Assembly (NCBI RefSeq): GCF_964204865.1
Contig: NC_135256.1
Span: forward strand, 21,266,001-21,330,000
Length of the DNA stretch: 64,000 nucleotides
From: Styela clava
Lineage: Eukaryota
Direction: 5' to 3'
The notes beneath the pieces were generated by a model. The model saw only the letters and a list, made by a program, of their open reading frames with translations, made no database searches and was not told the origin of the DNA. Below are positions 22,151 through 37,200 of this stretch, piece by piece. Position 1 is the first letter of the stretch. The number at the start of each line of letters is the position of its first letter. Both the position numbers and the translations under genes were made by a program.

Positions 22151-25100
22151 ATAGTTAAAATAGTGAAATAAAGTTATACAGTTGATGGAGGAAAATAATC
22201 AGTTTAAAATGGTGTCAGTCACAGTTAGTTTAGAACCCAGTTAGTTCTAATTATAAAACTGGTCGGCAAAATATATGATATATATATATATCGTTTAATT
22301 GTGTCTTCGATCGACCTCGCAAGCGTACATAAAAGGGGTAATTGCTTATTTCACTAATCCGCAAAACAAAGGACCAATCAAAATCGATCGTTGGATTGCA
22401 AAGGAAAATGTATGGCGTTTTATAAATCTTGCCTACCTAGTAATATTTAGCCATATATCAAGCATGGGTGACCGTGTTTAAAAATGAAAAAGGGTAGATA
22501 ATTTATCGCTTTTTGTCAATTTCCTTACCATCGATTTTATTTGACGTGCGTCTGAACTTTAACACGCCTTCCAGCCAAGAAGAAGTACCATGTGGCTTGA
22601 CGGCCTGCCAGTACATAAGATGCTACTTAATGCATAGCTCACTTTTAATCCAATTTCAATTGAACGATTGATGCAAATTCAGGAAATTGAGATGTATTTT
22701 GAATATCTTATTTGTAGCTAGAACTCATACTGCAAACAGACTCTAGAAACCTTTATAAAAAGTGACTTTAACTTTTCTTGTTCTTTTAACATCAAAAGAT
22801 CGTTGCTGTCTTCCTTCTTCGTATATCGGACTATCATTCTATACATGGCGTCTAATCTAAATTCATGACACTCAGGTGTACGATGATAAAATTACCCACC
22901 ATTTTGCGGCTCTAAATCGAGTTAAATTTGGTCAATGTTACGCTCTTTACTTTGATTTAGAAACGATGTCGTTTCCAACAACTTGAGAGAATAAATACCT
23001 CAAGTATTAACTTACTTTGGGAAGTAAATAATTGAGGTCATATGCCAGAAAAAAAATCGTTGTTACATTGCGTATATGGTATTTTTTTTTAAATTCTGGT
23101 GAACGTAGTTTCATTTACGAATTCGTGATTCAGTCATTACAAGGGGAAGGGTGCTGCATTGCCAATACAAGTTGGAATGTAGTAAAAGCTATGTAATTTA
23201 TAAAGTGAGATCTTAATTAAGAGCAGATTCATTACGACACAGTTTGAATTTGAATTAGTCATAGAACTCTGAAATCGGAAATTATCAAACGAATCTATAA
23301 TTTATTTCCCTGAATTAAAAACATGTATAACCAAATAAATGTTGCAGAAACAGTTGGTACATACATACAGTAATATAATAGAATAAAGATTTAGAATGTG
23401 AAATATAGAAATTGGTTTGATGGTATAACTGTACCGTCTACTGAACCGCTAACAGCTACATAGTTAGTTTTACTCCAAGGTTTTTAAGTGTTTGTAGACC
23501 AGCACGGAACTTGAGCAATTTAAGCTTACACGATTTGCAAATTTCTCAATCTAATTTTCACTTAGCTGTTTGAAGCAATGTCCAAAGGCAGTGTAGTAAT
23601 GGCATATGATCTACAAGATAGAAAATGAATCGATGCACAACCAACAACTTTCTTGGTAATGTGTTGAAATAGTGAGAATGCTGCTCACAGGTATATTATG
23701 GTAAGCAACATTTTTTTTATGTGTAGAGTCATGCACAATCTTTACTAACAACCGTCCCGATGAAGTTCCAAATATTTCGAACAAATAAGTGAACGTTTTC
23801 GTGGTTAAATACGTGACAGCAACAGCGTAAGTCTTCTTGTAACTCTTCAAATATGGTTCACACCTGAGTTGGAATACAAGAGGTACGTGATTTTTAAAAT
23901 ATTTTTGGAAAGCTTTGGTTGCAAACAATGGATCATTATCTCGCTATGGTACATTTAAAACTCCAATTACGGCCATCTGGTATATAAAAAAGCTATCTTC
24001 AAATTCTTCTTTTTATGGGCTTACTAACCACGTTTTATCGTTTACACGCACTACTAAATTATCACCATGAAATTGGAATCTCCATGACAAATTTTAATAG
24101 ACTTATCCGTGGACAATTTTTACATACCATTTATCCTTGTCCGTAGTTTTGTCGTTTACCATTTTCTATCAATATCAAGAAATGAATCGAATTTGAATGT
24201 CTCAATACTGGTCATTAATAAAGTTGCTGGTGATTCGAGCAATGTTAGTTTGGTATTCTTAATGCGCTTTCTTTCTATTTTAATGGCATTCAATGTTGTA
24301 GGTTTGGAATTTCCTCACACAAATTGCATTTATGTATATTTATTAGTAGGATCGATGGCAACATTTTTATTGTTTCCACTATTCAAGGCCACATGTTAAA
24401 AAAATGATGCATTCACTCCACCCGAATGACCAATGAACGAGACTTGAGTTAGATTATAAATAAATTATAGCAAATAGCTTGCCACCAATTGATGGCATTT
24501 ACTGTCTAATCGGGAATTAAATGAGGTTTTGTATCACTCGTAATTGTCCTTGGATGAATCGCTTTTAAGCCTCAATTGTCAAAGATGTTTTCTAGTTTGC
24601 CCCAAGCAAGGAATTTTGCTCATAAATAAGCTTGCACAATGCACGCTTGAACGTGTCTAAAGATAAAGGATGATTAATGCATTTTTTTTTTGATGAACCT
24701 AACGGTATTTAACGAAATTATATTAGTTATTCTAACATTGAAGATCTAATCTTGAATAATTTTTGGATAAATAAACATTCCAGAGGTGGGAACGGACTTA
24801 CCAACTGTAGACCAAGTTTGGGTCAAGCATGAATACCTGGTCTTGTTCTGAACAGGAGGGAATTTTACTTGGCAATTATTTGTAAACCGTCCATGGCATT
24901 TCTGCAAAATTATACCCTCACAGGCACATTTTTAATGAATGGGTCAAAATCTATATTTTTATTATGGAAATGGACTTTTCTTTTATTATGGACTGTGATT
25001 AAGATATTATTTAATCAATTAAAAATGGCTTTTCTTTCTCATAATCCTTGGTTCTTGGTCTATAGTCCTTAAACTTTACTCATGCGACTTTTTTTTTTAT

Positions 25101-25559
25101 CTTGATTTAAGCCATTATACGTGCTCGATTTTATAAAAATTACGTGTGAAAACACGAATTCGCATCCATATGAATTACCTACTAATAAACCCTTATGACG
25201 ATAGAATCTCTTATTGGTTCCAAAAGAGTTCGAAAGGAAATTTCACTCGGCTTTCAACCGCATTAAAGTCACTACCATCCTGCTCCATTGTTATTTTAGA
25301 TTTCTGTAGTCGGTAATTTGATAAGTTTATAAAACTTTGTTTACCAACGGCATTGTATGAAGAAAAAGAATAAACTGCGAAGTACCATTTACTTCTCGCA
25401 TACGCCCCAAAACATTCTACTTCCCCCTTTGGTTCAGACGAAAGCGAACCGCTGTAACAAAACCGGGAAATGAACGGAACAATTGTCCGTTGGTATGCTA
25501 TGGTAGTTAATTATTGAATTAATGCAATTTTTATTATCAATTTAATCACCGAAATGTTA

Positions 25560-25660
25560 GTATGTCAGTGGTCAGTGGTTCGACATCCCCGATCTAGAGC
25601 TTTGCGAGCGACAAAACTCTGCATGCGGCGACGTACTCTAATTTAAAGTTGAAATTCCAA
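25560..25660 (+). other. Probable non-coding 5' exon of the M13 peptidase gene (start approximate)
   Basis: Relatively GC-rich stretch ending in a strong donor (aa|gtaagt, 25661). It would pair with the acceptor ttttccag at 28186-28193, just upstream of the ATG at 28222. Confidence 0.35.
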
Positions 25661-28221
25661 GTAAGTAAGTTTTTTGGTCATTTTAGATATTTTTGTTTTT
25701 CAAAAAACTCCACAATAAATTTGTTGTTTTGAAAAGTTTAATTATTTATCGATCGCCTGACAAAAACGATATATATAGGTCTATTTTTCTTGTATGCTAC
25801 AATATACCAAAGATTGACTGGCGACAATTTTATAATGATTTTATTGTTCTGTGCGATGCTCGCCATATGAATCAATATTATTTTTACGAGAGAAATAGAC
25901 CGAAGTCAGTTTCGTCGGAGGGTAAAGTCGCTGAGCTACAGACGGTTTTTCCAGAAATCAGCATAATTAATGTTTAGATAGAGTTTTTGTTTTTTGCGAA
26001 AGATTGTTGTATTTAAGTAGAGAATTCAACTTTATTAGGGTAAGAACAAGACGTTGCAGATATTCATTGAAAAAGTGTGTTGGTTTCAGTATATGGTGTA
26101 GTTTTTAACGGGATCTGCTCTTAGCTAACATTGCACAAAATTCGCCCCAAAGGCAATCTTTGCTTCATATATATATAAGAAGTTTGCTAATAATACTTAA
26201 AAATTAATACTGTAGAAATTTCAAAAAATCTTGTCTTGTAAACAGGATAAGTACTCTTTAATAAGATTATGCTGTATTACAACGCTAAATACCCCAGGCC
26301 TTGCAGGGAAACAATCATTTTATATGCACTGAATAGAAAGAAAGCATAAGCTGATTTTGAGGTTCTTAAATTCACCCTTTCGAATTGTTCCTACCAGGTA
26401 TGTAACAGCAATATAGTTCGGGCGCGGTTATTATGTAGTTGTGATTGGCTGGAGCAATTTCATACTTGTATCAATCGATCGGGCGAGAAATGGGTTAGGA
26501 ATAGGGTTTACTGAATTGTAAAATAAGATTACATGCATAGCAATAAAGATTTGCAAAATTTAATTTTGTCTCTCTTATTTAATCTATCTCAAGATGATCT
26601 GCGTAGTAGATAAAATTGAAAATTAGTTATTTTCAGCTGGGATTTGTTATTTGCAGATTGAGAGGCACTGTGCAACGCAGTATTGCGCAGAAAAATTATC
26701 ATTTTTTCTCATATATATCGGTATGAATTATCAAAATTGAGATAGCTATTGGTGTCCGCAATTAAAACTGTCAGCCTAATGTTTAACTTAGTTAGTTCAA
26801 AGTTATGATATCTATGATTTGATAGAAAGCGGCGAATCCGAAATGCTTGAATTTGTAGACGATGTTTTGCAATATTCCTCGAGTTATTACAATTTACTCA
26901 AATAGCGAATAATCTTTGCCGCGTACGCACACTTTGTTGATTTTTGTGGTGATTAAATTATTTGTGTTTTTATTTGTTTGGTATTATAATGATTCTGAAA
27001 TGTAGGTTATCCAACTTATTATTTTCATTGTATAAAAATGGGTCACTGAAAATATATGGAGTGTGCCTGTTTATGGTCATTTTTTTGTTTGCACAAGTGG
27101 GAAAATCGTTCCGCCTTCGTTTTGCTATGCCCTGGGTATATTTTTGCTTGGTTCGTAGTGAAATATCATTGGTAGAATAGCAGGACAATGACGAATTGCC
27201 AAACAACGTTCGTGCGAGCAATGAGCCAGAATTCGGATACTGATCAGTACTTTTCATAATCATTTCATTGAATTATACCGATGACAAAATTCACCAATGC
27301 TAATGAGAATAGCTCTTCGAGTATGCTAGTCCCAGTTTGTAATATTTAGAATCACTGTTTCTCGGAAGAATCATCATAATGGGACTATTTGGTGATATTG
27401 AATAAGTCGTACAATGTTCGCCATAATTGGTATTTTCCAGCATCAAATCTTACCTAGATAGGAAAATGTAGGCTATTACATTTTTGTAGAATTGTATTAC
27501 AGCGAAATATCGTGTTTGTAAGCGTATTTTCAGTGCGGCCTGTTGGTCTCATTAATTGACAGATGCTATTTCATATTGTGCATGTCGAACAATAGTTAAA
27601 ATTCGGGACTATCATTAGACTAAGTCTATTTCAAGCAATCCCAAGGCTCGTGGCGGATCGATAATAAATCGTGATCGACGCGTGACATAAAGTTAGCGAA
27701 CTAATTTGTAACGTTTGTACCCAATCTGTCAGTCGGAAAAGTGCAATTTATTTTTTCCCAGGTGTGTTTTCAATTTTCCCTAGAGGCACCGTGGTTTCTG
27801 AATCTCTAAAGAAAAAATAAAGTTCGACTGAGAAAAACATATCAGCTATCTAGTTAATTATGAGATTGTTTCAACGCCGTGCATAGTCTAATGCGTGTTT
27901 TGCGGGAGAAATTATTCATTCATAAAATGCATGCACGAAATGAATTTCGTAGTCAGTATATAGATTACTATTTTGATATGATTTCGAAGATCATCTAGCA
28001 GAGATATATTCGAAATACAACATTTGTAGTATCAATTTGAAAGCTTCTAGTAAAGCTCATAAAGGAGGCATGTTGAGCATGCAGTTGGAATAAAATTATA
28101 GTTTGTATTATGCCTTAACTTAGAGTTAATTAATCGGTCAAGATAGTGGCCCAGCAAATTATTTTGTTTATATATATAATAAATATTTTCCAGATTTTGT
28201 CAAAATAAAAAAATCTTTAAA

Positions 28222-31200
28222 ATGTCGAGCGGAGCGGTGAATATGCGAACTTTTAATGCCGGAAACGCTCGTATGTATTCAGATCCCAGAGTTTTGAGCA
28301 ATGTTTCGCGGATATCTGATGATCACTCGAAATATCATCAAGAATCAACTTCATTTGCTGCACAATCCAAGGGTGGTATATCGAATAATCGTATGGCGAT
28401 GAATAACGTCAATTACGAACAATCTTATCCGATTCAGTCATCGTTTAAAAGTCCTGAAAAATCAAATGCCAAACGTAAAGTCTCCGGTGAGAACATACCC
28501 TCGACCCAGCCTAAACAAACTTGCAGCACATTTCGACCTTCGACTACAAGAAAATCAGGTGTCATTAGAATAGATGCTCGCGGATATTCAGATGGTACTG
28601 ATTCAGAAGTGCCAGTAACAGCCATGACACTGCCGAGAGCAATGAATCCAATAACCAGCTATTCAAACACTACGAGCACTATGACCCAAAAGCAGTCAAC
28701 AGCACCCGGATATATTCAGCGAAATGCGAGCAAGACTTCACTTTACGCTCCATCGTCCATTTGTCACATGATCGCGACAACAACTCCGCCTCCGACTACT
28801 TCAATAGCTTTGAATGATCTTCCGTCTCCGCCTCCGACAGCATGCACCAATGGAATGAGCAGTCCGGCTTTACGAAGGCAGCATTCAACAAACAGTTTCG
28901 GAGTTCAGGGAACCTATGAATATACATCTGCAGGGAATACCGGTACAATGCGGAGATCACAGCCAACCTCTTCCGACGATCCTGCATATGCATCTAGTTA
29001 TTCTGACAGGCCAACATTACTTTACCCTGGACACGCTAAACAGCAGAATACAGCATCGATTGAGGGTTCAACAAGAAGTCAAGAAGACTGCAAGCGCGAA
29101 AACGATTTTAATACTAATATAACAGCCGGTGAAAAAGAGATCAACCTTACGAACGGAGCTTCACAACATGTAACTTTTGCCCCAGCGCAGTATTCGGACC
29201 CGAAAAAACTAAAAAAGTCATCTAGTTCTGAAGGAAAACCGGTCAGATCTAATTCTGGCACGAAAATCAAAGACGCCGCAACATACAAATATTTATCAAA
29301 GTCTAGTAAGAATGCGGGTCAACGAGATGAAAAACGAAAAAGCAGACGATTAGACCGAAAGTCACTTTGGTGCATGATAATAATGCTTTTAATTCTTCTG
29401 TTCGCTGCCATTGTGTTTTTGATATATTTCGCATCAAATTACAGCAAATTAAGAGCTGTCTCTGTAACATATACCAGCGGGAATGAATTTGCACAGGTAT
29501 CAACAACTACCGAATTTCCAACATTCTCTGTCCAAACTCGACGAACAAAATCGACGACAACACCTTCTCCAACGCTGGCATCTGTGAACGATAAATTTTG
29601 CTTTACTGAGGAATGCATCCAGTCGGCAAGCACTGTTTTAATTAAGATGAATAAATCTGCAGATCCGTGTGTAGGTGGGTCTAACACAAAACTTAGTTGA
29701 CTTCGAAATTATGAACAGAATTTTATGTAACCATGTATTAATTAAATAGACATAAAATAAATTTAATGTATAGATATATACTACAATGTTCAATAATGAA
29801 TCCGATGATCATGCGATAGAAACATTTTTCTTTGTAATACTTCTCAGACGAACTATTATATAAATCAAGTTTTTATCATTTTGATAATGACTGTTTCTTT
29901 TTACCAGATTTTTACGAGTACTCGTGCGGAGGTTGGATAAGCAATAACTACATGCCCGCCGACAAGAGCAATTATGGTGTGGTGTCCGAGATCACTACAT
30001 CAAACGAAAGACAGTTGTATGAAGCGTTAGTAAAGTCTGACGAAAACAATGAACTTGAGACAGACCTTCGTGGGCGAAATCCCCGGCAGAACATCACCAA
30101 GGCGGAAATGAAGGTGGGACAACATACTACTTACTATACGTATACTAATTTATATTACATTACATATATTTAACTTAGTTACTGAAAATCTGGCTTTCTG
30201 TCCATTCGAAAATGTTGTCAAAACTTAAATGTAAAGAGTGGTATTAAACGAAATGAGCAATTGAAACACATTGTCAAAGCATGACTTTGACCCTCTCCAG
30301 ATTTTGTAGCTTATGTGCTAACGCGATTTTTGCCTTTTTATGCTTTGCTGCTTAATTCGAGCTTGCTTGACGTACAGAAAATTTTACAAAAATGATAGGC
30401 CGTTAAAAGCAGTATCTAAGAAAATAAAGTTTTGAAAGATCGGGCCAATTCTTTCAATTACAAACGTGCTTGTCGAGGAAATCTACAATTTAATTAGCAG
30501 AGAATATAACAATGCCAGACGTTTAGTATTCGGCACTTTTAGTTATGTATATATATACTGTGGGTAAGATTCCTTGATAATGATAACTGTATTAAAAATC
30601 TGTTATGGTACCCGCTTCACAGCCACACGCGCTCCTGTGAAAACGAAATCAGAAGGAAAAACATTTTCCGACATTGAGACAAATAAGTTTGTTTACGCGT
30701 TGGTGTAATTATCCACTGACGCGTTTACTTCCAGTGGAATATATTCTTATAACTTGATCACGTTCTTTCCTAACCACGACCACACGTACAAGATCAGATG
30801 ACTCCATCATTGGCGCCGCTCAATTACATCAATCGTATCATGATTTAAGATGTTGGGAAGTTTCCATCAAACAAAAAGTATTGTTTTTAAGCATTTCCTA
30901 ACAAACTTGTGGTTTTAATTCACGCAACTCGTGAACCCGAATTATTTATCCGAAACCTGTCTTCAAAACCTTTGACATATATGCCCAATACAATCGAGCC
31001 CTCTGCGCTGACAGTGACCGCGACGAAAAGCAAACAAGTTTAATATATTTCCTCGATTACGTCTTTAAGCCAACTTAGGTATTTAATCTCAAAAGAAATT
31101 GTTTTCTCACCATGTTCAATGTTGATATTTCCTGAAAGCAACGTTTCTGACTAGAACGTGAACTTTTTACATCAATAATCAATATTTTCTAAAAGTTTAT

Positions 31201-34200
31201 TATAAGCTGATTTTATGTCTAGCATGGACTATATGTATATGTCGCGCTCTAATAATTATTGTACAAAATATGGGTAATACGTAACTTGTAGTTAATTTCA
31301 TATCTTGTGAGTTTGTGCGATGCCTAACTTCATGTTGTGACGATCTCAAGATCTTACGCAACGCAGTTTTTAATCGAAATTTTATCGGTTTTAAAATAAC
31401 ATATAACATGAAAATAAGAGACTCAATTCACTTATAAATATACCTATTCATCTATGATGAAAACGTGGTCAAAATATATGGAATTCAGAAATCCCCAAAC
31501 TAGTTTAAAACACATCGAAAAGCCGTGCTGTAGAAACTATTGATTTCGATCAGTGGGAGTCTGTCTCTCTCTTACTTAGTTTATCGGCATTTAATTTTTT
31601 TTTTTTTTCAGGAGTAAATGTGTAATCGAGATGACGGAAAGCAAAAATAACCAAAAATCAAATTCTGATATAGTTTTTTATTTCTGTCAAATATGTAAAT
31701 AGTTCCTACTGCAAGTCATTTTTTGCAAATTCTTATTTGAGTCGCCTACCTTGTCATGATGCTAAACGCATTATGGAAATATGAAAATGTATACAACAAT
31801 TTTTATGTTGTTTTTATTTCTTTTGCTGTCGAACGTTCTGAATAAATTGATTGGGTTCCATTACATTTGAACCCACGACAATTGCACCTATAGAAAAAAA
31901 AATTGTTTTACGGATATTTGAACCCATACTAACCCTAACCCATGGATTTTAGCATTCGCATATAGATTGAACCCGCGGATATACACATGGGTTCAAATGT
32001 ACGGTCACCATTTTATTGAATAGAATATCAAAGAAGATGTACAATTTAGATCTCATTTTATCACTTGTTATATATCTTCTGTAGTACAGAAACTGGAATT
32101 CCACCCATTTTCACAAAAAAATATCTAGCACGTCTTGGCTAAACTGGGCAGTTCATTTAAAGCCAAAGAGCAGTATTCCTATTTGTGAGGTTCTGTAACT
32201 AATGGTGAACACAATTGGGAATTAATATTAGGCTGCATATATCGTTGAAGGTGGATTCAGGGATACTCAGGCTCAGATATTAGTGCTTTTATTTGTACTT
32301 TCATTTCGACGTAACTCTTTCTCAGGAACTACTGCCGCATGGAGATATTTCGACTGTCTTATATTCTTACCGTATTGCGAGAGTTTTCAATTTATTTTCC
32401 GCATGCATGTTGCGTCAAAGTTGAAACGTCATTCTCAATTGATTAAAATATGCATCAAGGTCATCCGAGCGTGAAATCGGGGGTAGAATTATGATGTTAT
32501 TAACTTTTCTGCTTGGAAATATCATTACACGGACTTAGGGAAATGTTTATACGTCTGCACGTACGAGGTTCCCTAATCCTGACGCGAGCTGTTTTTTTTT
32601 GCTGGAATGACAGAGAAAAACAATGACTCATAACTTGTTGCGAGTGATTTTAATATGCCTATCCAACTAAGAATAAATATCAGATTATTTTTGAGTCAAA
32701 AAATAACTTGAGTGTGTATGAACATTCTAGTATATACTAATATGCTTTACGAAAATTTTCCACGTTCGCTACAGACTATGTCTAGTAGATAAGATATTGG
32801 ATGAACCAATGAAATTTGAATAATGTTGCGTCATCTTGAAAAAGCAGATTTACTGGAAACAAATTTGCGAAAAAAATTGTTATATTTTGAACAGCTGCTA
32901 ATCTCGAAATTAGGCATTTTGCAACATTTTAAAACCGCTGTTTTGTGGCATTTTGCTATCTGCTATTATCTACAAATAGGGCATCTGAATAGGGCATTGC
33001 AACCATTGTTTCTGAGTATATATAGCGATCGGACTAATTGGGAAATGATTAAAAACTACTTCATGATTAAAAACGTTTCGAATGGATTGTTTTCAAGTAT
33101 ACAGAGGATCGAAAACTTGTCCCCCCGATCGGTATTTTAAGAATTTAATTTAATTTCTTATTTTTTAGGCAAAAGCCTTTTTCAAGTCTTGTCTCAACCT
33201 TGCATTTATCAATGCCTTGGGAGCTCAACCGATGCTAGACATGATATCAAAAATGGGAGGATGGGATGCACTCGGAACCTGGGACGCGACGACGTGGAAT
33301 TTGGACGAATTATTGTACGTCATACAAGGCGAACAAAGCATCAGCGTCTTCTTTTCAATGAGCATTCAACCGGATGATGCAAATGAGACGAGAAATATTC
33401 TGAGGGTATTTCTATGTAGCCACTTTATGTGTTGCATTACTTACTTTCCAATGTATTGAAAAGATGAATCATCGGAATGGAATCGAACTTTTGGCGATTA
33501 ATTAGTTTTGGTCACACGCATAAAAAGAACAACCCTATTATTCCCGAGGCTATGGAGCATTATACCACTTGGCCATCGAGCCATAGTCTGATGGCAGGCT
33601 TATGAAGCCACGAAAATGCCAGACCTATGCTAATCCATACCCCCCACATTAATTGGACTTTATATGAACAAATAAGGCAACTGCTTGCCCCAATAAATCA
33701 AGTTTACATGTTAATATAGCTTAGTTTGAATTCAGCAGATTTGAATAATTTAGATTATTGTATGAACCAAAAGTTCTTTGAAATTTGACGAACAAAAAGA
33801 AAGTAGAAAAAATTCGTTTGGTTACAATTCTGCCAAGACAGTAAACTTGCTTAAATAACTTTACTTATATGCTTTCACTAAAGGTTTTCACGTACACGAT
33901 TTTTATCCATTCATCATTTAAACTCACGGCACAATACTCCAGATGTTTCTTCCGAGTTTGGTTATGAGTGAACTCCCGCAATTCACAAAATACTAACAGA
34001 TAAATATATAATTTCAGCTGGACGCAGATGGCATAACGATACCAGACGCAGATTTCTACGTATACGATGAAATTCAAACGGTAAGCTTGTATTTTATAAA
34101 AAGCATTTTAATTCAGCTTCATATTAGCAAGTGTACTTATGATCTTAGGTATATGTCTTGATATATAATTTATCATTTTCTGCACAAATGAGGGAAGTGA

Positions 34201-37200
34201 AATCTACATTGCAAACGTGATGCTATCCCTCCCTAACACAAAGAAAACATTTGACCGTCAATGCCGAATTCGTTTACTATACTCACTTAGTTCCGCGTTA
34301 CAAGATTGTTCAAAATCCGTAAACGAATTAATTTCATCAAGCCATCGACATACAAATCAATCCCCCAGCATGCAGTTGTTCACATAACCGCATGGTTCAG
34401 TCCTTTAATTTCTTTAATATTTTAATATTATATACACATATCAATTATCATAGTAGTAATAACGGCTGATGCTTTCTTACATATGTTTATAGGGTGTTCA
34501 TGAGGTGGTTCCTGCTTACAAACAACTGATACGACGTCTTCTTACACTGCTGGGTGCAACTGATGTAGAAAAAATTGTCAATGACATATATACATTCGAG
34601 AAAAAATTGGCAAAGGTATACGAGACTGCCAAATTCGACATTTTGTTTTACAGAAAGGAAGTTGACGGATGATTACAATTAATTTATTTCAACTTGCAAG
34701 TATTGCATCACCTAGTTATTTCGTTTCGACCTCTCTAGCGAACAAAAATAATATTTTATAAATCATATTTGCAATATTAAGCTGGTCAACAAGAAATGTT
34801 CTCCGACATGTTTAATGCCTTTTTTATGCTAAATATTCTTTGAAATATATTATTGTATTCGATTTTCTTATTCAAGATAATAGCAGTTGAAACAATATCG
34901 TCTCAACTTGATGGATCTGTCAATCTTGTTACCATCAGAGAACTCAGGGAATTGTGTCCAGAGGTATATATTGATTTAATTTTTTTATTTTTTTACGACT
35001 CGTAAACCGCAAAATACGAAAAGAAAAATCGCTTGAAAAATTTCTCAAAATCTAGTGAATTTATTGAAAAATCATGCTTTATCGGTATCGGTTACATTAT
35101 TTTTAATTGCAATAACATCATCAAACTCTTTTTAGTTATTCACGAAATCAAAATTATTTTGGAAAAATTGCTTGAAAACGGAAACATTTGATACAAAATG
35201 TCGTATGTATTTGAATGTTCTAATCATTAGAATTCTTGCGACATGAATTTATTGAGGTAGTTTATGAACGGCTGGACTATATTTATACGTTTTGTATGAT
35301 AGGGTGGCAATGTCATACTTAATAAGTTTAGTATTGAGTTCTAGTTTAAGTTTGAATGAAATATTTTAAATTTAAGTCAGCTCTGATACCACATCGATTT
35401 CAAAAATGCAATTGCTTCGCTTCAGAAATTTAAACAGACATTTAAAATATTACATGCATATGGTCTGATAAATATCGTTAGACAAAAATTATTTCTTCTT
35501 CCTTTCTAAAATTACAATTTATTTCTGTTCATTCGATTACAAGAATATACTGGGTGCTTTGTTCGGACTGCGTGTATTATTGACCTTACCCAAAATAGAA
35601 AGTAGAATTTTTGTCGAATAAATAACCTTTCAATCAGGATTTTTAATATTAACTAGAATCCTGGATTATGGATCAGATTCAATCAATAGCCAATTTGATT
35701 TACGTAGCGCTGTTAGCTGTCAGAAGATGACACTTGGATGGTTACGTCGAACGTGATCAAACTTTATGTCAATCTCAAGGCTACAAGAAATATTACAGCT
35801 AGGCGGGTGTCCGTATACGTCTTTACATGACCTGCTTCCTGTCTTCTGATATAGGATTGCAACGTTGATAAATTTATGATATTTTTGTTGCGTTTCACAC
35901 GCCAGTGGTCATTCTGAAATTTGACTATGAGTTGTTTCACTTCGGACTGATTCTTGTGTCTTCAATTCAAATGAACATTATTGATAATTATCATCGAAAA
36001 ATGTGTGTGTACTATGTGGTGTGGTAAAATAAAAATCATAATTGGCCAACTGCGGTTATGACCAACATTTTTGTGTCCGTCATTCGGATAATACCACAAC
36101 AGACAACGGATCAGTCGATACGCAGAATATAAGATCATAATTTTTTGGAAGCAAGATGAAATTTCAATTTGTTCAACCAAACCAAAACAACGTGCAACGC
36201 GCTGCGAATCGCACATTGTACTAAGCATATGTGGTATATATCGTAATGTATATATGATAGTATAATGTGGTCTTAGATGCTGTAAATTACATGCACTGTG
36301 TGCTGTACGGCATACAATCAACGGCGCTCCAGAAGTATGTGTACCAATATAAAGGTGACTAACTTTGTTCGCTTATTTTACATCAAAATGTGTAAACAGA
36401 CTGAAACCTATGGGCAGAGGGATATTCACTTAGCTAACACAGACAGTCTCCGAACTCGTAATAGAACTAAAATAAGGAAAATCGGAATACAATTATGGCC
36501 TAACCCTAACCTGGTACACATACTTCGGGAGTACTTAATCGACAATATTGGGTTGTCAAAGGCGACGGTAGCCTAACAATATGACCTTAAAATGATTCAT
36601 GCTGGCCAACGGGAAATTATGCAGGCGGTGCGCTTTAGATGCGTGTGTAGCCGATTGTACTCCCGGGACTTGAATAGAATACCTTCGACTCACTTAAAAA
36701 CTGATTAGTGATAAATCGGCTAATTTCAGAACACCCATCTGCACCGATTATCCCACTGTTCTCCCTGAAGTGCCATAATTGATCATAAATCAAGTTAGTG
36801 TTGTAATATGACAATATCATCTTGTTTGCGTGGTGCTTGTTTACTCTAAAAGCTTCCCATCACCATTTTAATAGTAAAAACAGAGGCTAAGTATTCTACT
36901 TACACAAAAGTGTAATATTTATTTTTTCTACGGGCTATTGATGATCGTCCATAGTTTAATATGCAAATCAATTTATCGTACTGGCTGAAAATAATTCATA
37001 GTGTCTCAATGTTTTTGTTACAGTTTGTGACAGCCGTACGATTGCAATCTTGTGCTTGTTGTAACATTATATCCAGTTATTCAAACATAAGAAATGAACT
37101 TTGCCTTCCCAATTGTTTTGTTTAAAACAGGTAACATGCCACAAAATTTATGCGCTGATGAGTCGTACCTAAATACTGCATACACACGTAAATTATGGTG

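Noticed and set aside
28222-29700. Stand-alone 492-aa single-exon gene as given by the ORF track
   Set aside because: The frame leaves at the donor after 29674 (DPCV|[10 protein letters not shown]) and continues as the M13 peptidase; the last codons of the ORF are intronic.
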